Origin: Bacillota bacterium
Lineage (GTDB): Bacteria > Bacillota > Sulfobacillia > JAJZYS01 > JAJYTV01
Length of the DNA: 64,000 nucleotides
Direction of reading: 5' to 3'
Assembly: GCA_021799275.1 (NCBI GenBank)
Contig: JAJZAT010000003.1
Coordinates: forward strand, 9,708-73,707
In this document: positions 7,701 through 17,313 of the stretch, piece by piece
Numbering within the stretch: position 1 is the stretch's first letter
Layout of the letters: each line of letters starts with the position of its first letter
Notes under the pieces: model-generated
Database searches by the model: none
What the model saw: the letters and a program-made list of their open reading frames with translations, nothing else
Told to the model about the DNA's origin: nothing
Made by a program: the position numbers and the translations under genes

Positions 7701-9656
7701 ATGCCGCTCCCCCTTTCCATCGAACTCGATACCATGCTGAGGCTCGTGATCTGCGGACTCGTCCTCTTTTATCTCTGGCCGCGCTACGTCTTCGCCGTCG
7801 ACGGCGACGTCGCCCGCGCGGACCGCCTTGCCGGCTACGCCGCCCGCATGCTGCTGCTCGTGGCCGGAGCCGCATTGGGGCTCGCGGCGGTGCATGCCTT
7901 CAGCTGGTTCACCCTGGCGGTCCTGGTCTTCGCACCGCGCCTTCTGAAGGTGCAACCGGACACCGGCCAGGGCCGCGGCGTAGGGGTCGGGTCACGTCTT
8001 CTGGGCGATCTCGACCGGCTCGGCAGCCTGCCCCGCCGCGCGTGGGCCTTCCTGCGCAAGGGCCTGCAAGGGCCCTGGCGGGTCACGTGGAGGCCGTCCG
8101 TCTACGTTCTCGCCGGTGGTTTCCTGCTCGCTGTCCTGCTCGGCGTCTCCGCCTACCTGCGTCTCGCCCCTGCCTTCGCCCATGCGGGCATCGCGTTTTC
8201 CGACTCGAATGTGGTGCTCTACTGGGTGCAGGCGATCGGACAGCAGATCCTGTTTCCGAACGGCATCTACCCGGAGGGCTTCCACGCCGCCGTCGCTGGG
8301 CTCATGCGCCTCAGCGTCGCGAGCCCGATCGCGACCATCAAGTTCATCGGCCCGATCATCGGCGTCGCCATGGTCGGTTCGGTGGGATTCGCCGCCTACC
8401 GCCTGACCGGGCGTTTCGCTCCGGCCGCGGTCGCCATGCTGGTCTACGGCACGCTGCCGCACCTGCTGCCCTACATCTATCTGCGCCAGGCCGGCACCGA
8501 CTCGCAGGAGTTCGGCAACATGCTCGTGCTGCCGACGCTCTGGTTCGTCTACGCCTCCTGGGTGAAGCAGGGGAATTGGTATCGCGGCACCGCCATCGCC
8601 CTCTTGGCGATGGCGGCGCTCACCCATCCGATCGTCTCCCTCAACGCAGGTCTCGCGGCCGTCGCGGCGACAGTGGCCGCCTGGCTCACGGTGGGCGTGC
8701 GCTGGCAGACGCTGGGGTGGTGGTTGCGTTGGCTGCCAGTGGCGTTGGTATTGGCCGTGGCGCCGCTCGTCGTAGCCCTGGCGATCGGCATCCCCCTCAA
8801 CACCGCCAGCGTGGGATTCGCCGCGCAGACCACGGCCGCCGCAGCTCCGCCGATCACCACGCTGGACAAGCTCGCGCTGCTCTCGGCTTGCATGCTCCTG
8901 CTGGTCCGCGCCGTGCGCCTTGTCGCCAGGAGGGCTGAACGCGCAGATCTCGGTATGCCGCTAGCCGCCCTCCTGACCCTCGTCGCGGCCCTCGCCATCC
9001 AGGAGGCCGCGACGTTCGGCATCCACCTGCTGGCGCTGCAATCCCGTTCCGGCGAATTCGTCGCGCTCGCCGTTGCGCTCTGCCTCGGTATGAGCGTCTC
9101 GGCCGTGCAGGAACTGCTCGAGCTTGTCCGCCCCGCCTTCGGGCGCTGGGCGGGTCTGCTGCTTGCGGCGGGTGTGGTCGCGGGCGCCTGGGCCCAGAGC
9201 GCACCCCAGCCGTTCAACCCCTTTCCGACCTACCGCTGGCTGCCCGACGACTTCGTCGTGGCGTACGCCCGCATCGCGGCCACCCAGCCGAGCGGCAGCT
9301 GGCTCGCGGTATCGGACGACAGCGGCTTCGACTACGCGTACGGCCAGGGTCTCTTCATGACCGCCGCCGACTTTGCGCAACACGTCGGTACCAAGGGCCC
9401 TTGGCCGACCTACCACCACCCAGGCCAGGCGACCAGGCCCCTTGCCACACGTCATCTCTTCATCTTCGTCGACCGCCGCATCGTCGTGGCGCCGTCCTAC
9501 AGCACACCCACGGTGCCTCGCCGGCAGGCGGTGCAGAAGCTGATCCGCGGCTGGGTGAACCGCTGGGAGCGGACGCACGGCCCACTCCACGTCTACTTCC
9601 GTGGGCCCGACCTGACCGTTTACGAGTTGACAGCCCCGGGCTGGGGGTCGTCCTGA
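7701..9656 (+). CDS. large polytopic membrane protein, paralog A (651 aa): N-terminal TM bundle + C-terminal extracytoplasmic domain; uncharacterised (GT-C-like?)
   Basis: ATG 7701 with GGAGG SD, 12 nt after the stop of the upstream gene. ~60% identical to paralog B. Conserved N-terminus MPLPLxIELxT..RL..G.V.YLWPRYVF, first-loop motif FSDSNVVLYWVQ, C-terminal WLPDDFVVAY...SDDSGFDYAYGQG...LHVYFRGPDLTVYEL. Confidence 0.75.
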   Translation: MPLPLSIELDTMLRLVICGLVLFYLWPRYVFAVDGDVARADRLAGYAARMLLLVAGAALGLAAVHAFSWFTLAVLVFAPRLLKVQPDTGQGRGVGVGSRLLGDLDRLGSLPRRAWAFLRKGLQGPWRVTWRPSVYVLAGGFLLAVLLGVSAYLRLAPAFAHAGIAFSDSNVVLYWVQAIGQQILFPNGIYPEGFHAAVAGLMRLSVASPIATIKFIGPIIGVAMVGSVGFAAYRLTGRFAPAAVAMLVYGTLPHLLPYIYLRQAGTDSQEFGNMLVLPTLWFVYASWVKQGNWYRGTAIALLAMAALTHPIVSLNAGLAAVAATVAAWLTVGVRWQTLGWWLRWLPVALVLAVAPLVVALAIGIPLNTASVGFAAQTTAAAAPPITTLDKLALLSACMLLLVRAVRLVARRAERADLGMPLAALLTLVAALAIQEAATFGIHLLALQSRSGEFVALAVALCLGMSVSAVQELLELVRPAFGRWAGLLLAAGVVAGAWAQSAPQPFNPFPTYRWLPDDFVVAYARIAATQPSGSWLAVSDDSGFDYAYGQGLFMTAADFAQHVGTKGPWPTYHHPGQATRPLATRHLFIFVDRRIVVAPSYSTPTVPRRQAVQKLIRGWVNRWERTHGPLHVYFRGPDLTVYELTAPGWGSS

Positions 9657-9699
9657 ACGCCTCCCGCACCGACGTCGTCCACGCTGAAGGAGGACCAAG

Positions 9700-11679
9700 A
9701 TGCCCTTACCCCTGGGGATCGAGCTATCCACCCTCGCGCGTCTGATCCTCGGCGGAGCCGTCGTGCTCTACCTCTGGCCGCGCTACGTCTTTGGCAGGGT
9801 ACCGGACGCGCCGGGCGTCGACGCCGCCGTAGGCTACGTGGCCCGCATGGTCGTGGCGCTGATCGTGGCGGGGTATCTCCTGGTGGGGACGCACCTTTAC
9901 AGTTGGGTCACCCTCGTGATCCTCCTGGCGCTGCTCGGTTTCCTGCACCCGAGAACCTCTCTGAACCCGTACGAACTGAACAGGAGCAGCCGCCTCGCGG
10001 CCCGTCTGCTCACCGAGATCGACCTGCTCGGCAGCTGGCCCGCGCGGCTGCGCGAACGCCTAAAGGCCCGCCGCGGCGGCGATGACGGGACACGGCGCAG
10101 GCTCGGCGCCTACGAGCTGGTCGGAGGACTCGTGCTGCTGGCCGTCCTCGCCGTTTCCGCCTGGCTCAGGCTCGGATCGCCGCTGCAGCACGCTGCCATC
10201 CCATTCTCCGACTCCGACGTGGTCCTCTATTGGGTGCAGTCGATCGAGCAGCAGATCCTGTTCCCGAGCGGCATCTATCCTGAAGGCTTTCACATCGTGA
10301 TGGCCGATCTCATGCGCCTGACGGCGGCCAACCCGATCGTCACGGTGAAGTTCTTCGGCCCCCTGGTGGGCGTGGCGATGGTGCTGTCCGTCGGCTTCGC
10401 CACCTACCGCCTGACCGGCCGCCTCGCCCCCGCCGCGGTCGCCGTGCTGGTCTACGGCACCCTGCCCCACTTCCTCCCCTACGATTACCTGCGGCAGGTC
10501 GGCACGGACTCGCAGGAGTTCGGCAACGCCTTCGTCCTGCCGACGCTCTTCTTCGTCTACGCCTCCTGGGTCAACGACAAGGCATGGTATCGGGGCACGG
10601 CCGTGGCGCTACTCGCCATCACCGGGTTCACCCATCCGAACGTGGCCGTGAACGCGGCGCTGTCGGCGATCGCCGGCACCGTCGCGGCGTGGCTCGTCGC
10701 CGGCGTGCGCAAAGAGGCCCTGAGCTGGTACGTGCGCTGGACGTCGACCGCCATCGTGGTCGCCGTGCTGCCGATCATCATCGCGCTCGCCGTCGGCGTC
10801 CACCTGAACTCCTCCGGTGCCGGCTTCGCGACCGCCGTCAGCCATGCCCCGCCGCCGCCGATCAAGTGGGAGAACCTGCTCGCCATCGCGTCCGCCGTAG
10901 CGCTCGTCCTGGTCCGAGGGGTGCGCCTGATCGCCCGCCGCTGCGACCGCCTCGAGTTTGGGGCCCCGATCGCCGGGCTGCTCGCGCTCCTCGCCGCGCT
11001 CGCGGTCAGGGAGGCGGCGATGTTCGGCATCCATTCGGTGGCTCTGCTCTCGCGCTCCGGCGAGTTCGTCGCCCTGGCGGAGGCGCTGGCCTACGGCATG
11101 GGCCTTTCAGCCGTGCAGGAGGCCCTCGAACTTCTGCACGTGGCCACGGGCCGCTGGCTGGCGTTGGCGGGCGCGACCGCCCTCATCGCCTTCGGCTGGC
11201 TGCACTACCGCCCGCAGCCGTGGAACGCCTTCACCAGCTCACGCTGGCTGCCGGACGACTTCGTCGTGGCGTATGTCGACATCGGCTCGACGCTGCAGCG
11301 CGGCAACTGGCTCGCCGTCTCGGACGATAGCGGCTTCGACTACGCCTATGGCCAGGGCTACTTCCTGCGCGGTCCGGTCTTCCTCCAGCATGTCCCCACC
11401 ACGGGGGCCTGGCCGAGATACGTGTCCGGCGGAAGCTCAACGCCGTTCGCCGAGCACCACATCTTCATCTTCGTCGACAAGGGACTGAAGGTCGCCAAGG
11501 GTTACCAGTATGTCGTCAAGCCCCGCCGCGCGAAGGCCCAGGCGGCGATCCGCAAGTGGGTCGCCGGGTGGCAGGCCAGCCACGGTCCCTTGCACGTCTA
11601 TTTCCGCGGTCCGGACGTCACCGTCTACGAACTCTCGCGTTCGAGTGCCGCGCCGTCGCGCGCGGGCCGGGCCGACTGA
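9700..11679 (+). CDS. large polytopic membrane protein, paralog B (659 aa), tandem duplicate of paralog A
   Basis: ATG 9700 with AAGGAGGA SD. Same motif set as paralog A (FSDSDVVLYWVQ, YGTLPHFLPYDYLRQVGTDSQEFGN, LHVYFRGPDVTVYEL). Confidence 0.75.
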   Translation: MPLPLGIELSTLARLILGGAVVLYLWPRYVFGRVPDAPGVDAAVGYVARMVVALIVAGYLLVGTHLYSWVTLVILLALLGFLHPRTSLNPYELNRSSRLAARLLTEIDLLGSWPARLRERLKARRGGDDGTRRRLGAYELVGGLVLLAVLAVSAWLRLGSPLQHAAIPFSDSDVVLYWVQSIEQQILFPSGIYPEGFHIVMADLMRLTAANPIVTVKFFGPLVGVAMVLSVGFATYRLTGRLAPAAVAVLVYGTLPHFLPYDYLRQVGTDSQEFGNAFVLPTLFFVYASWVNDKAWYRGTAVALLAITGFTHPNVAVNAALSAIAGTVAAWLVAGVRKEALSWYVRWTSTAIVVAVLPIIIALAVGVHLNSSGAGFATAVSHAPPPPIKWENLLAIASAVALVLVRGVRLIARRCDRLEFGAPIAGLLALLAALAVREAAMFGIHSVALLSRSGEFVALAEALAYGMGLSAVQEALELLHVATGRWLALAGATALIAFGWLHYRPQPWNAFTSSRWLPDDFVVAYVDIGSTLQRGNWLAVSDDSGFDYAYGQGYFLRGPVFLQHVPTTGAWPRYVSGGSSTPFAEHHIFIFVDKGLKVAKGYQYVVKPRRAKAQAAIRKWVAGWQASHGPLHVYFRGPDVTVYELSRSSAAPSRAGRAD

Positions 11680-13634
11680 TGGCCGGCGCCGTGGCAACCG
11701 CCCTGCAGGTGACGATCGGCGTCCTGGTGGCGGTCCTGCTGCTGCCCTATCTGCTGGTGCGCCGCGACCACGGCCTCCGTCCCTTCGCGGCCCTCTGGCG
11801 CACGCTTGCGCTTGGCACGGCGGCATGGACGTCCCTCGGCTTCCTGCTGGCCGCTGCCTCCAGCGTGGAACTGGCCACCATCGGTCTCATCATCGCCTTC
11901 GCGGTCGGCCTCGCGGCCTACATGCGCCGCCGTCGCGGCAGCCTTGCGGTCCAGACCCAGCGCCGCAACCAGCAGACGGCGAAGCTGCTGGACGCCATGG
12001 ACCCCGAAGGCGAGCATTCCTTCCTCTCCCTGGCCGCCGACGCCATGCGCCAGCTTGGGGCATGGCTCGGCAGGGTCGGGCGCTCCTTCATCCAGGCCGA
12101 CGTGCTGCTCACTTGCCTCGCCCTCGCCGTGATCGCGGCGCGCCAGTTCGCCCCGCTTCTGGCGCAGGCCGCCCCGGGCACGCCAGCAGGCTATGTGCAG
12201 TTGCTCGCCACCAAAGACATCGCCTTGAACCTCGGCCTCTACCAGTCGGGCGTCTACCCGTTCGGCGTGCCGGTCCTGGCGGCGCTCGTCGCGACCACCT
12301 TCTTCTTCGACCCGCTCAACGTGCTGCGTTTCCTCGGGCCCCTCGTGGCCCTCCTCCTGCCGCTGGCCGGCGGCTTCCTGGCCATGGAGATCGCGGACAG
12401 CGGCTGGGCCGTCTTCGCCACCGTGGTGCTGATCGGCTTCTCCTTCTTCCCCGCGATCGGCCCAGGCTCCGTGACCACCTGGCATCCGCTCGCGCTGCAC
12501 TTCGCGGCCATCTTCGTCCTGGCCGAGCTGGGCTTCAGCCTGCGCGCCCTGCGTCGCGACTCGCCGACCGACGCCGCGCTCGCGGGCGTCGCGGGCTTCG
12601 TCGCCGTCATGGCGCAGCCCCTGGCCTGGCCCTACGCCGTCGGCAGCGCCATCCTGATCTGCCTGCCATGGCTGCGCGGCCACCGCATGGCGCTGCGGCT
12701 CATCGGCCGCATCCTGCTCGGCAGCCTGGTCGGACTCGTACCGGTGGCCATCGGCCTCGTGGGCCACCATGCCATCAACACGCTCCTCATGGCGCCGCAA
12801 GCCCTGCCGAGCCAGCCCGTGCCAACCTGGCTCTCCGGCTGGAGCGGCCTGGCGCTGCTACTGTTGGCCGGCGCCATGGTGACGGTCGCCGCGCTCATGC
12901 GCTGGCAGTCGCTGGGGAACGACGCGCCGCTCTACTTGGGCATCGGCCTTCTGCTGGCCTGCCTCGGTGTCGTCGGTGCCCTGCCGCTGCAGGGTGTCTG
13001 GCGGACTCCCCTAGCCCTTGGCGACTTCCTCGGACTCCTGGCCGTACCCCTCGTCGTCGGCTACGCCTTCTCGCTCGTGGCGAATCGCCTATCCTATCCT
13101 TCGGCCGCCCATGGCCTGGCCGCCCTGGCACTCGCCGCCTGCCTCGCGGTGGGGATTCTACCGCCGCAGCCTTTGGCGCGCTATGAGGTGCCCGGCTCGG
13201 AGGAGGTGCTGCAGCAGATCTCCGGCTCGTTCGAGGCGTACCAGTGGACCGTCATCTCGCCCACGGAGCAGTACAGCGAACTCCTGGGCAAAGGTTGGCA
13301 TGTGGAGCTGACGCAGTTCCTCTCGAAACTGCCGCTCTCGGTCGCGCGGGACGCCAGGATCAAGCCCTACGCCTGGCCGCATCTGGCCATTTTGACGTCG
13401 GACACGTTCCTCTACGTGCCCCGTGTCACCGCCGACGGCGTGCGGCCGACGGCCGGCGATCTGAAGCTCCCCGTGCCGCAGTCGCTGCAGGCCGCCGAGA
13501 ACGTGGGCCCGGCAGGCGCCGTGCTCGATGCGCACGCCTACGCCTGGGCCATGGCCTACCATCATGCCCATCCGGCGACATCGAGCATCTATTACCGCAA
13601 GCCGGACCTTCTGGTGCTCTGGATCCGTCAGTGA
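11679..13634 (+). CDS. large polytopic membrane protein, distant paralog C (651 aa)
   Basis: ATG overlaps the TGA of paralog B (ATGA coupling at 11678-11681). Same size and architecture. The C-terminus retains a Y-Y-R-K-P-D-L-L-V motif comparable to YFRGPDLTVYEL of A and B. Confidence 0.7.
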   Translation: MAGAVATALQVTIGVLVAVLLLPYLLVRRDHGLRPFAALWRTLALGTAAWTSLGFLLAAASSVELATIGLIIAFAVGLAAYMRRRRGSLAVQTQRRNQQTAKLLDAMDPEGEHSFLSLAADAMRQLGAWLGRVGRSFIQADVLLTCLALAVIAARQFAPLLAQAAPGTPAGYVQLLATKDIALNLGLYQSGVYPFGVPVLAALVATTFFFDPLNVLRFLGPLVALLLPLAGGFLAMEIADSGWAVFATVVLIGFSFFPAIGPGSVTTWHPLALHFAAIFVLAELGFSLRALRRDSPTDAALAGVAGFVAVMAQPLAWPYAVGSAILICLPWLRGHRMALRLIGRILLGSLVGLVPVAIGLVGHHAINTLLMAPQALPSQPVPTWLSGWSGLALLLLAGAMVTVAALMRWQSLGNDAPLYLGIGLLLACLGVVGALPLQGVWRTPLALGDFLGLLAVPLVVGYAFSLVANRLSYPSAAHGLAALALAACLAVGILPPQPLARYEVPGSEEVLQQISGSFEAYQWTVISPTEQYSELLGKGWHVELTQFLSKLPLSVARDARIKPYAWPHLAILTSDTFLYVPRVTADGVRPTAGDLKLPVPQSLQAAENVGPAGAVLDAHAYAWAMAYHHAHPATSSIYYRKPDLLVLWIRQ

Positions 13635-14506
13635 CCGGCCGGAACCAGCCTATCGCCGCTGAACGCCCAGGTCTCGAGCGGCTGCCGGGCAAGGTCCGGA
13701 ACCTGGGGGCCCATCGGCACGAACGTCACCTGGCGCAGGAGGTCCCCGAGCAGCCGCCGCAGGTGGCCGCGGCCGAAGCCCATGCTGAAACGGGCCACGG
13801 CCCCGGCGGAGGCCGGTAGCGACCAGCCCGCCGGGGCCACTTCCCACGGATGGGCGTAGAGTACCCGCGGCGCGCCGCCTCTGAGCGCGGCGACCACCAG
13901 GGCCGACGGCAGGAGACGCCAGTAGATGCCCCCCGCGACCGGCACGCGCAGGCCGAACCAGGACTGCACCGCCGGCGGCAGCTCCAGGATCGAGCCGGAA
14001 CCGGCCTGGGCCTGCAGTCGGTAGGGTGACGCAGGGGCGCCGGCCACGCCGTAGAGCGGCGTGCGCAGCGGAAAGACGCTCGAGTCGTAGCGAAAGCCGA
14101 GATCGGAGAGGGCCTCGACCGCCCAGGCGCTGCGCGGGGTGAGCGACCAGGTGGCCGCCCGGTAGCCCTGGACGCCGGTGCCCGCAAGGTCCTCGAGGAT
14201 CGCCTTGGCGTCCTTGACCTCGCGGCGGAAGCGTTCCTCCCCGATCTGCCAGAGGAGGTCGTGCGTAAGGCCGTGGCAGGCTACCTCGTGTCCGGCCGCC
14301 GCGATCGCCCGGACGCTTTCGGGCAGTTCGCGGGCCAGGCCGCCGAGCACGAAGAACGTCGCCCTCGCGCCATGCGCGGCCAGGAGCCCCAAGACCGCGT
14401 CGAGCTCCCGGCGCGCGAAGTCGGGCTGTGGGGCGACGGGCGCCGTTGCCAGCGTGGCGTCGTACCAGTGCTCGACATCGATCGAGAGCATGTGTGGCCC
14501 TACCAT
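13628..14506 (-). CDS. polysaccharide deacetylase family protein (CE4/PuuE-like fold with C-terminal DUF3473)
   Basis: N-terminus MLSIDVEHWYD resembles the TIGR03006/DUF3473 deacetylase subfamily (SVDVEDYF). Has the His pair ACHGLTHD. The 3' end overlaps paralog C convergently by 7 nt. Start M125 of the tracker ORF, with an AGGTGA SD. Confidence 0.7.
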   Translation of the reverse strand: MVGPHMLSIDVEHWYDATLATAPVAPQPDFARRELDAVLGLLAAHGARATFFVLGGLARELPESVRAIAAAGHEVACHGLTHDLLWQIGEERFRREVKDAKAILEDLAGTGVQGYRAATWSLTPRSAWAVEALSDLGFRYDSSVFPLRTPLYGVAGAPASPYRLQAQAGSGSILELPPAVQSWFGLRVPVAGGIYWRLLPSALVVAALRGGAPRVLYAHPWEVAPAGWSLPASAGAVARFSMGFGRGHLRRLLGDLLRQVTFVPMGPQVPDLARQPLETWAFSGDRLVPAGH

Positions 14507-15630
14507 CGCATCACCTGCCGCCATGTCCCGATATCGAAGAGGTGGCCCAGCACGGCGAGCAGGAAGCCCCCGACGGGCCCGAGGTCGCCCGGGTCGACGA
14601 TGTCGTCCACCAGCCGCTCGCCGGGCAGGCGCCTCGGCGCACCCTTGGCGAGACCACGCAGCGGGTGGCGCAGGAGATGCAGGAGGTCCGACGGCAGAGA
14701 CCAGCGGCAAAGCACTGCGGTATCGTAGGCTGCCGGCCCGCTCACGGTCTGTCCGAGCGCAAGTTCCGCCCAAAGCCGGGGGAAGTCCACCCCCGCCGCC
14801 ACCGCGAGCCCCAGGGACGCCCAGGGCCTCGGGTTGATCTCCAGAAGCTGTGGTGAGCCGTCGGGTGCTTCGAGCCATTCCACCTCGGCGAGTCCCGTCC
14901 AGCCGATCGGCTGCAGCAGCTGGCGCGACAGCCCGACAAGATCGTCCCGCACCACGCTGCGCTGCAGGGTGCTCGTGCCGTGCTCCCCTGGGAACCAGCG
15001 CAGCTCCTCCTGGCAGAACGTGGCCCTAAGACTCCCATCCCTGGCGTAAAGGAGGCCCACGTCGAACTTGCGTCCGCGCGGCAGGCGCCGCTGCACGAGA
15101 TGCCCTCGGAGGTCCGCGGGCAGGGCTTCGAGATGCTGCGGCAGATAGCGCACGCCGCGTCCCCCGGAACCCACGCGGGGCCGCAGCACGACTTCCCCCC
15201 CGAGCATGGCCCTGGCGTCGGCTAAGTCCCCTTCCGTCCCGACCGGAACGCTCTCGGGATGGGGTACGCCGGCCCGGACGGCGAGTTCCATCGTGCGCCA
15301 CTTGTCGCGGCCAATCTCGAACTGCTCCGCCGTCGGCAGGAGGCTCTTCGCCGTCAGCGCGTCGCCGCAGGCGATCGCGGCCGCGGTGGAGAGGTCGTCC
15401 ATCGGCAGCACGAGATCCACCTCTGCCGCGACGGCGAGAAGCCAGTCCTGGAATGCGGCACTCCCCGGTCGCGGGCTCCTCAGGGCCCGGCCGGCGTATC
15501 GGGACCACCGTGCGAGGCTGAACGTCGTATCGTCGGCGACCCACGGCTCATAGCCCGCCCGGCCCAGAGAGCGTGCGGCCACGAGCGTCTTGCGCTGCAG
15601 TCCATCGGTGAGGAGCACCCTCACCTTCAT
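14500..15630 (-). CDS. ATP-grasp domain protein (carboxylate-amine ligase-like)
   Basis: ATP-grasp central and C-terminal motifs (VLRPRVGSGGRGV..., LLEINPRP). Overlaps the deacetylase start by 7 nt and the GT2 gene by 4 nt, so the three are translationally coupled. Confidence 0.65.
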   Translation of the reverse strand: MKVRVLLTDGLQRKTLVAARSLGRAGYEPWVADDTTFSLARWSRYAGRALRSPRPGSAAFQDWLLAVAAEVDLVLPMDDLSTAAAIACGDALTAKSLLPTAEQFEIGRDKWRTMELAVRAGVPHPESVPVGTEGDLADARAMLGGEVVLRPRVGSGGRGVRYLPQHLEALPADLRGHLVQRRLPRGRKFDVGLLYARDGSLRATFCQEELRWFPGEHGTSTLQRSVVRDDLVGLSRQLLQPIGWTGLAEVEWLEAPDGSPQLLEINPRPWASLGLAVAAGVDFPRLWAELALGQTVSGPAAYDTAVLCRWSLPSDLLHLLRHPLRGLAKGAPRRLPGERLVDDIVDPGDLGPVGGFLLAVLGHLFDIGTWRQVMRW

Positions 15631-16406
15631 ACAGGGGCGGCCCGGCGCATGATCTCAGGCAGGCAGGTCACCTCGTAGGAATCCTCCGGCGGCCTGCGCC
15701 GGCGCAGGCCGAACGTGACGCGCAGGAAGGCGATCAGGCCCATGGACATGTTGTTCAACCCGTCCCGGATCCGAGCCCCCTTGCGGTAGAACGCCACCCT
15801 CGTCGGCATGGTGTTGTCCATCTTCCAGCCGCGCCGAACCGGCAGGATGCCCAGTTCTTGCGCGCAGCCGTAATTTCGTCCGGTGAAGTACGGCATGATG
15901 TCAGCGATGACCTTGAGGCGCATGAGGCGGAAGCCGCACTCGATGTCCCGGAACATGTAACCCGTCAAGAGGCTGGCCCAGAGCGAGAGGCCCCAGTTGC
16001 CGATGCGCTTGCTGAGCGGGTAACCGGAGAGGTCCCTTTGGCCGAGCAGCACGTCCGCGCCACGCTCCTCGATGCTCCGTACGGCGGGCCCCGCCTCTTC
16101 CGGGATATGCTGGCCGTCGGCGTCCATCGTGATGACGATGTCCTCGGCCCCCAGAACGCCGAGGCGCATCAGGCCGAGCAGATAGTCGAATCCGGTCCGC
16201 AAGGCGCCAGACATGCCGCGGTTCGCCGGATGCGTCAGGAGCGCCACCTTGCCATGCGTCTGGCACCAGGTGCGCACCAATCTGCTCGAGGTGTCGCGCG
16301 AACCGTCGTCGACAACGACCAGGAGATCCGCGAACGGCTCCGCCCGGTGAAGCACGTCCACGATGGTGCGCTCCTCGTTGTAGGTAGGGATCAGAAACAC
16401 GACCAT
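15627..16406 (-). CDS. glycosyltransferase family 2 (Dpm1/polyprenyl-phosphate sugar transferase-like)
   Basis: VVFLIPTYNEE..I..VL, VVVDDGSRD and DADGQH motifs typical of GT2 DXD enzymes. Confidence 0.8.
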   Translation of the reverse strand: MVVFLIPTYNEERTIVDVLHRAEPFADLLVVVDDGSRDTSSRLVRTWCQTHGKVALLTHPANRGMSGALRTGFDYLLGLMRLGVLGAEDIVITMDADGQHIPEEAGPAVRSIEERGADVLLGQRDLSGYPLSKRIGNWGLSLWASLLTGYMFRDIECGFRLMRLKVIADIMPYFTGRNYGCAQELGILPVRRGWKMDNTMPTRVAFYRKGARIRDGLNNMSMGLIAFLRVTFGLRRRRPPEDSYEVTCLPEIMRRAAPV

Positions 16407-16488
16407 ACGTTACCTCTGCGGGCAACTCCGCCCGCTTTACTTAACCTTGGCGACGAATTACGCCAAAATTGGACAAATTCCTCCGTCC

Positions 16489-17286
16489 TCAGCGCCCCAG
16501 CGCGACGCGGCCATCCACCGTGCGGACGCCGCGGGCGTAGTCGAGGGGCGCGGCATAGGAAAGAAAGCCGTAGCGCTTCGACAGGTCGTCCAGTACGCGC
16601 AAGCGCGGGGCCGCCGCCGCATCGTCCGGGATCTCGCTCAAAAGCATCGGCGTGATGCCTTCCTGGCGCACCACCTTGGCGATCTGCTCCAGAACCATCC
16701 GCAGCCAAGGCCCTGTCGTCTCGTCCGGATCGAAGCTGCCCTCCCAGCAGACGCCGTCGATCAGCTGGGCGACGAGCGGTAGCAGCAGGAAAATGCCATT
16801 GTTCTGCAGCAGCAGCCGGTCGCCAACGGCCTGGCGCACGCCGCGCACGAGATCGGCCGCGGCGGGCAGCAGCCAGCCTGACCTGTCCTGGACGAGCTGA
16901 TCCTCGACGTCGCCGAGGTTGTCGAGAAAGACGCCGTCCCAACCCTCGCCGACCAGGCGGCTCGCCTCCCGCAGCACGTGCTCGCGCCAGGGGCGCGCGC
17001 GAGGGTCGACGACGTAGGTGTCGAACTGCTCGCGCCGCCAGGGACCCTCTCCCGCGCGCAGCAGCTGGCGTTCTGCGACGCCGATGCGGTTCAAGGTCGC
17101 CCGCGTCGCCTCCATGGCGGAGAGATAGGCGATGCAGCGCACGCCATGGCTTCTAAGGGCCTGGACATCCTCGCGCCGCCACCCGGCGGGCTCCAGGATG
17201 GCGATGTCGTACGACGAGATCTCCGGCAGCGGACCGTATCCGTAATACACGACAAACGTGCGGCCTCGCAGTCGGGGTGCGCGCAC
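16489..17286 (-). CDS. GH114-like glycoside hydrolase (TIM barrel; PelA-hydrolase/Ega3-like endo-alpha-1,4-polygalactosaminidase family)
   Basis: Motifs VVYYG, CIAYLSAME and DGVFLDNLGDV resemble the GH114 conserved blocks (vicYfSaG..., DGvFLDnvD). No signal peptide is evident, so the call is moderate. Confidence 0.55.
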   Translation of the reverse strand: MRAPRLRGRTFVVYYGYGPLPEISSYDIAILEPAGWRREDVQALRSHGVRCIAYLSAMEATRATLNRIGVAERQLLRAGEGPWRREQFDTYVVDPRARPWREHVLREASRLVGEGWDGVFLDNLGDVEDQLVQDRSGWLLPAAADLVRGVRQAVGDRLLLQNNGIFLLLPLVAQLIDGVCWEGSFDPDETTGPWLRMVLEQIAKVVRQEGITPMLLSEIPDDAAAAPRLRVLDDLSKRYGFLSYAAPLDYARGVRTVDGRVALGR

Positions 17287-17313
17287 ATCGTGCCCTCCTT
17301 TGACGTCTCCTGG

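Larger units (their letters stand above)
7701..11679 (+). repeat. tandem gene duplication (two ~2 kb paralogous units, protein identity ~60%)
   Basis: Protein alignment of paralogs A and B by eye. DNA-level identity was not computed. Confidence 0.55.

Noticed and set aside
6073-7875. 600-aa minus-strand ORF rich in D/E/R/H/G
   Set aside because: It is antisense to the PelG-like membrane-protein gene. The charged low-complexity run is a GC-frame artefact.
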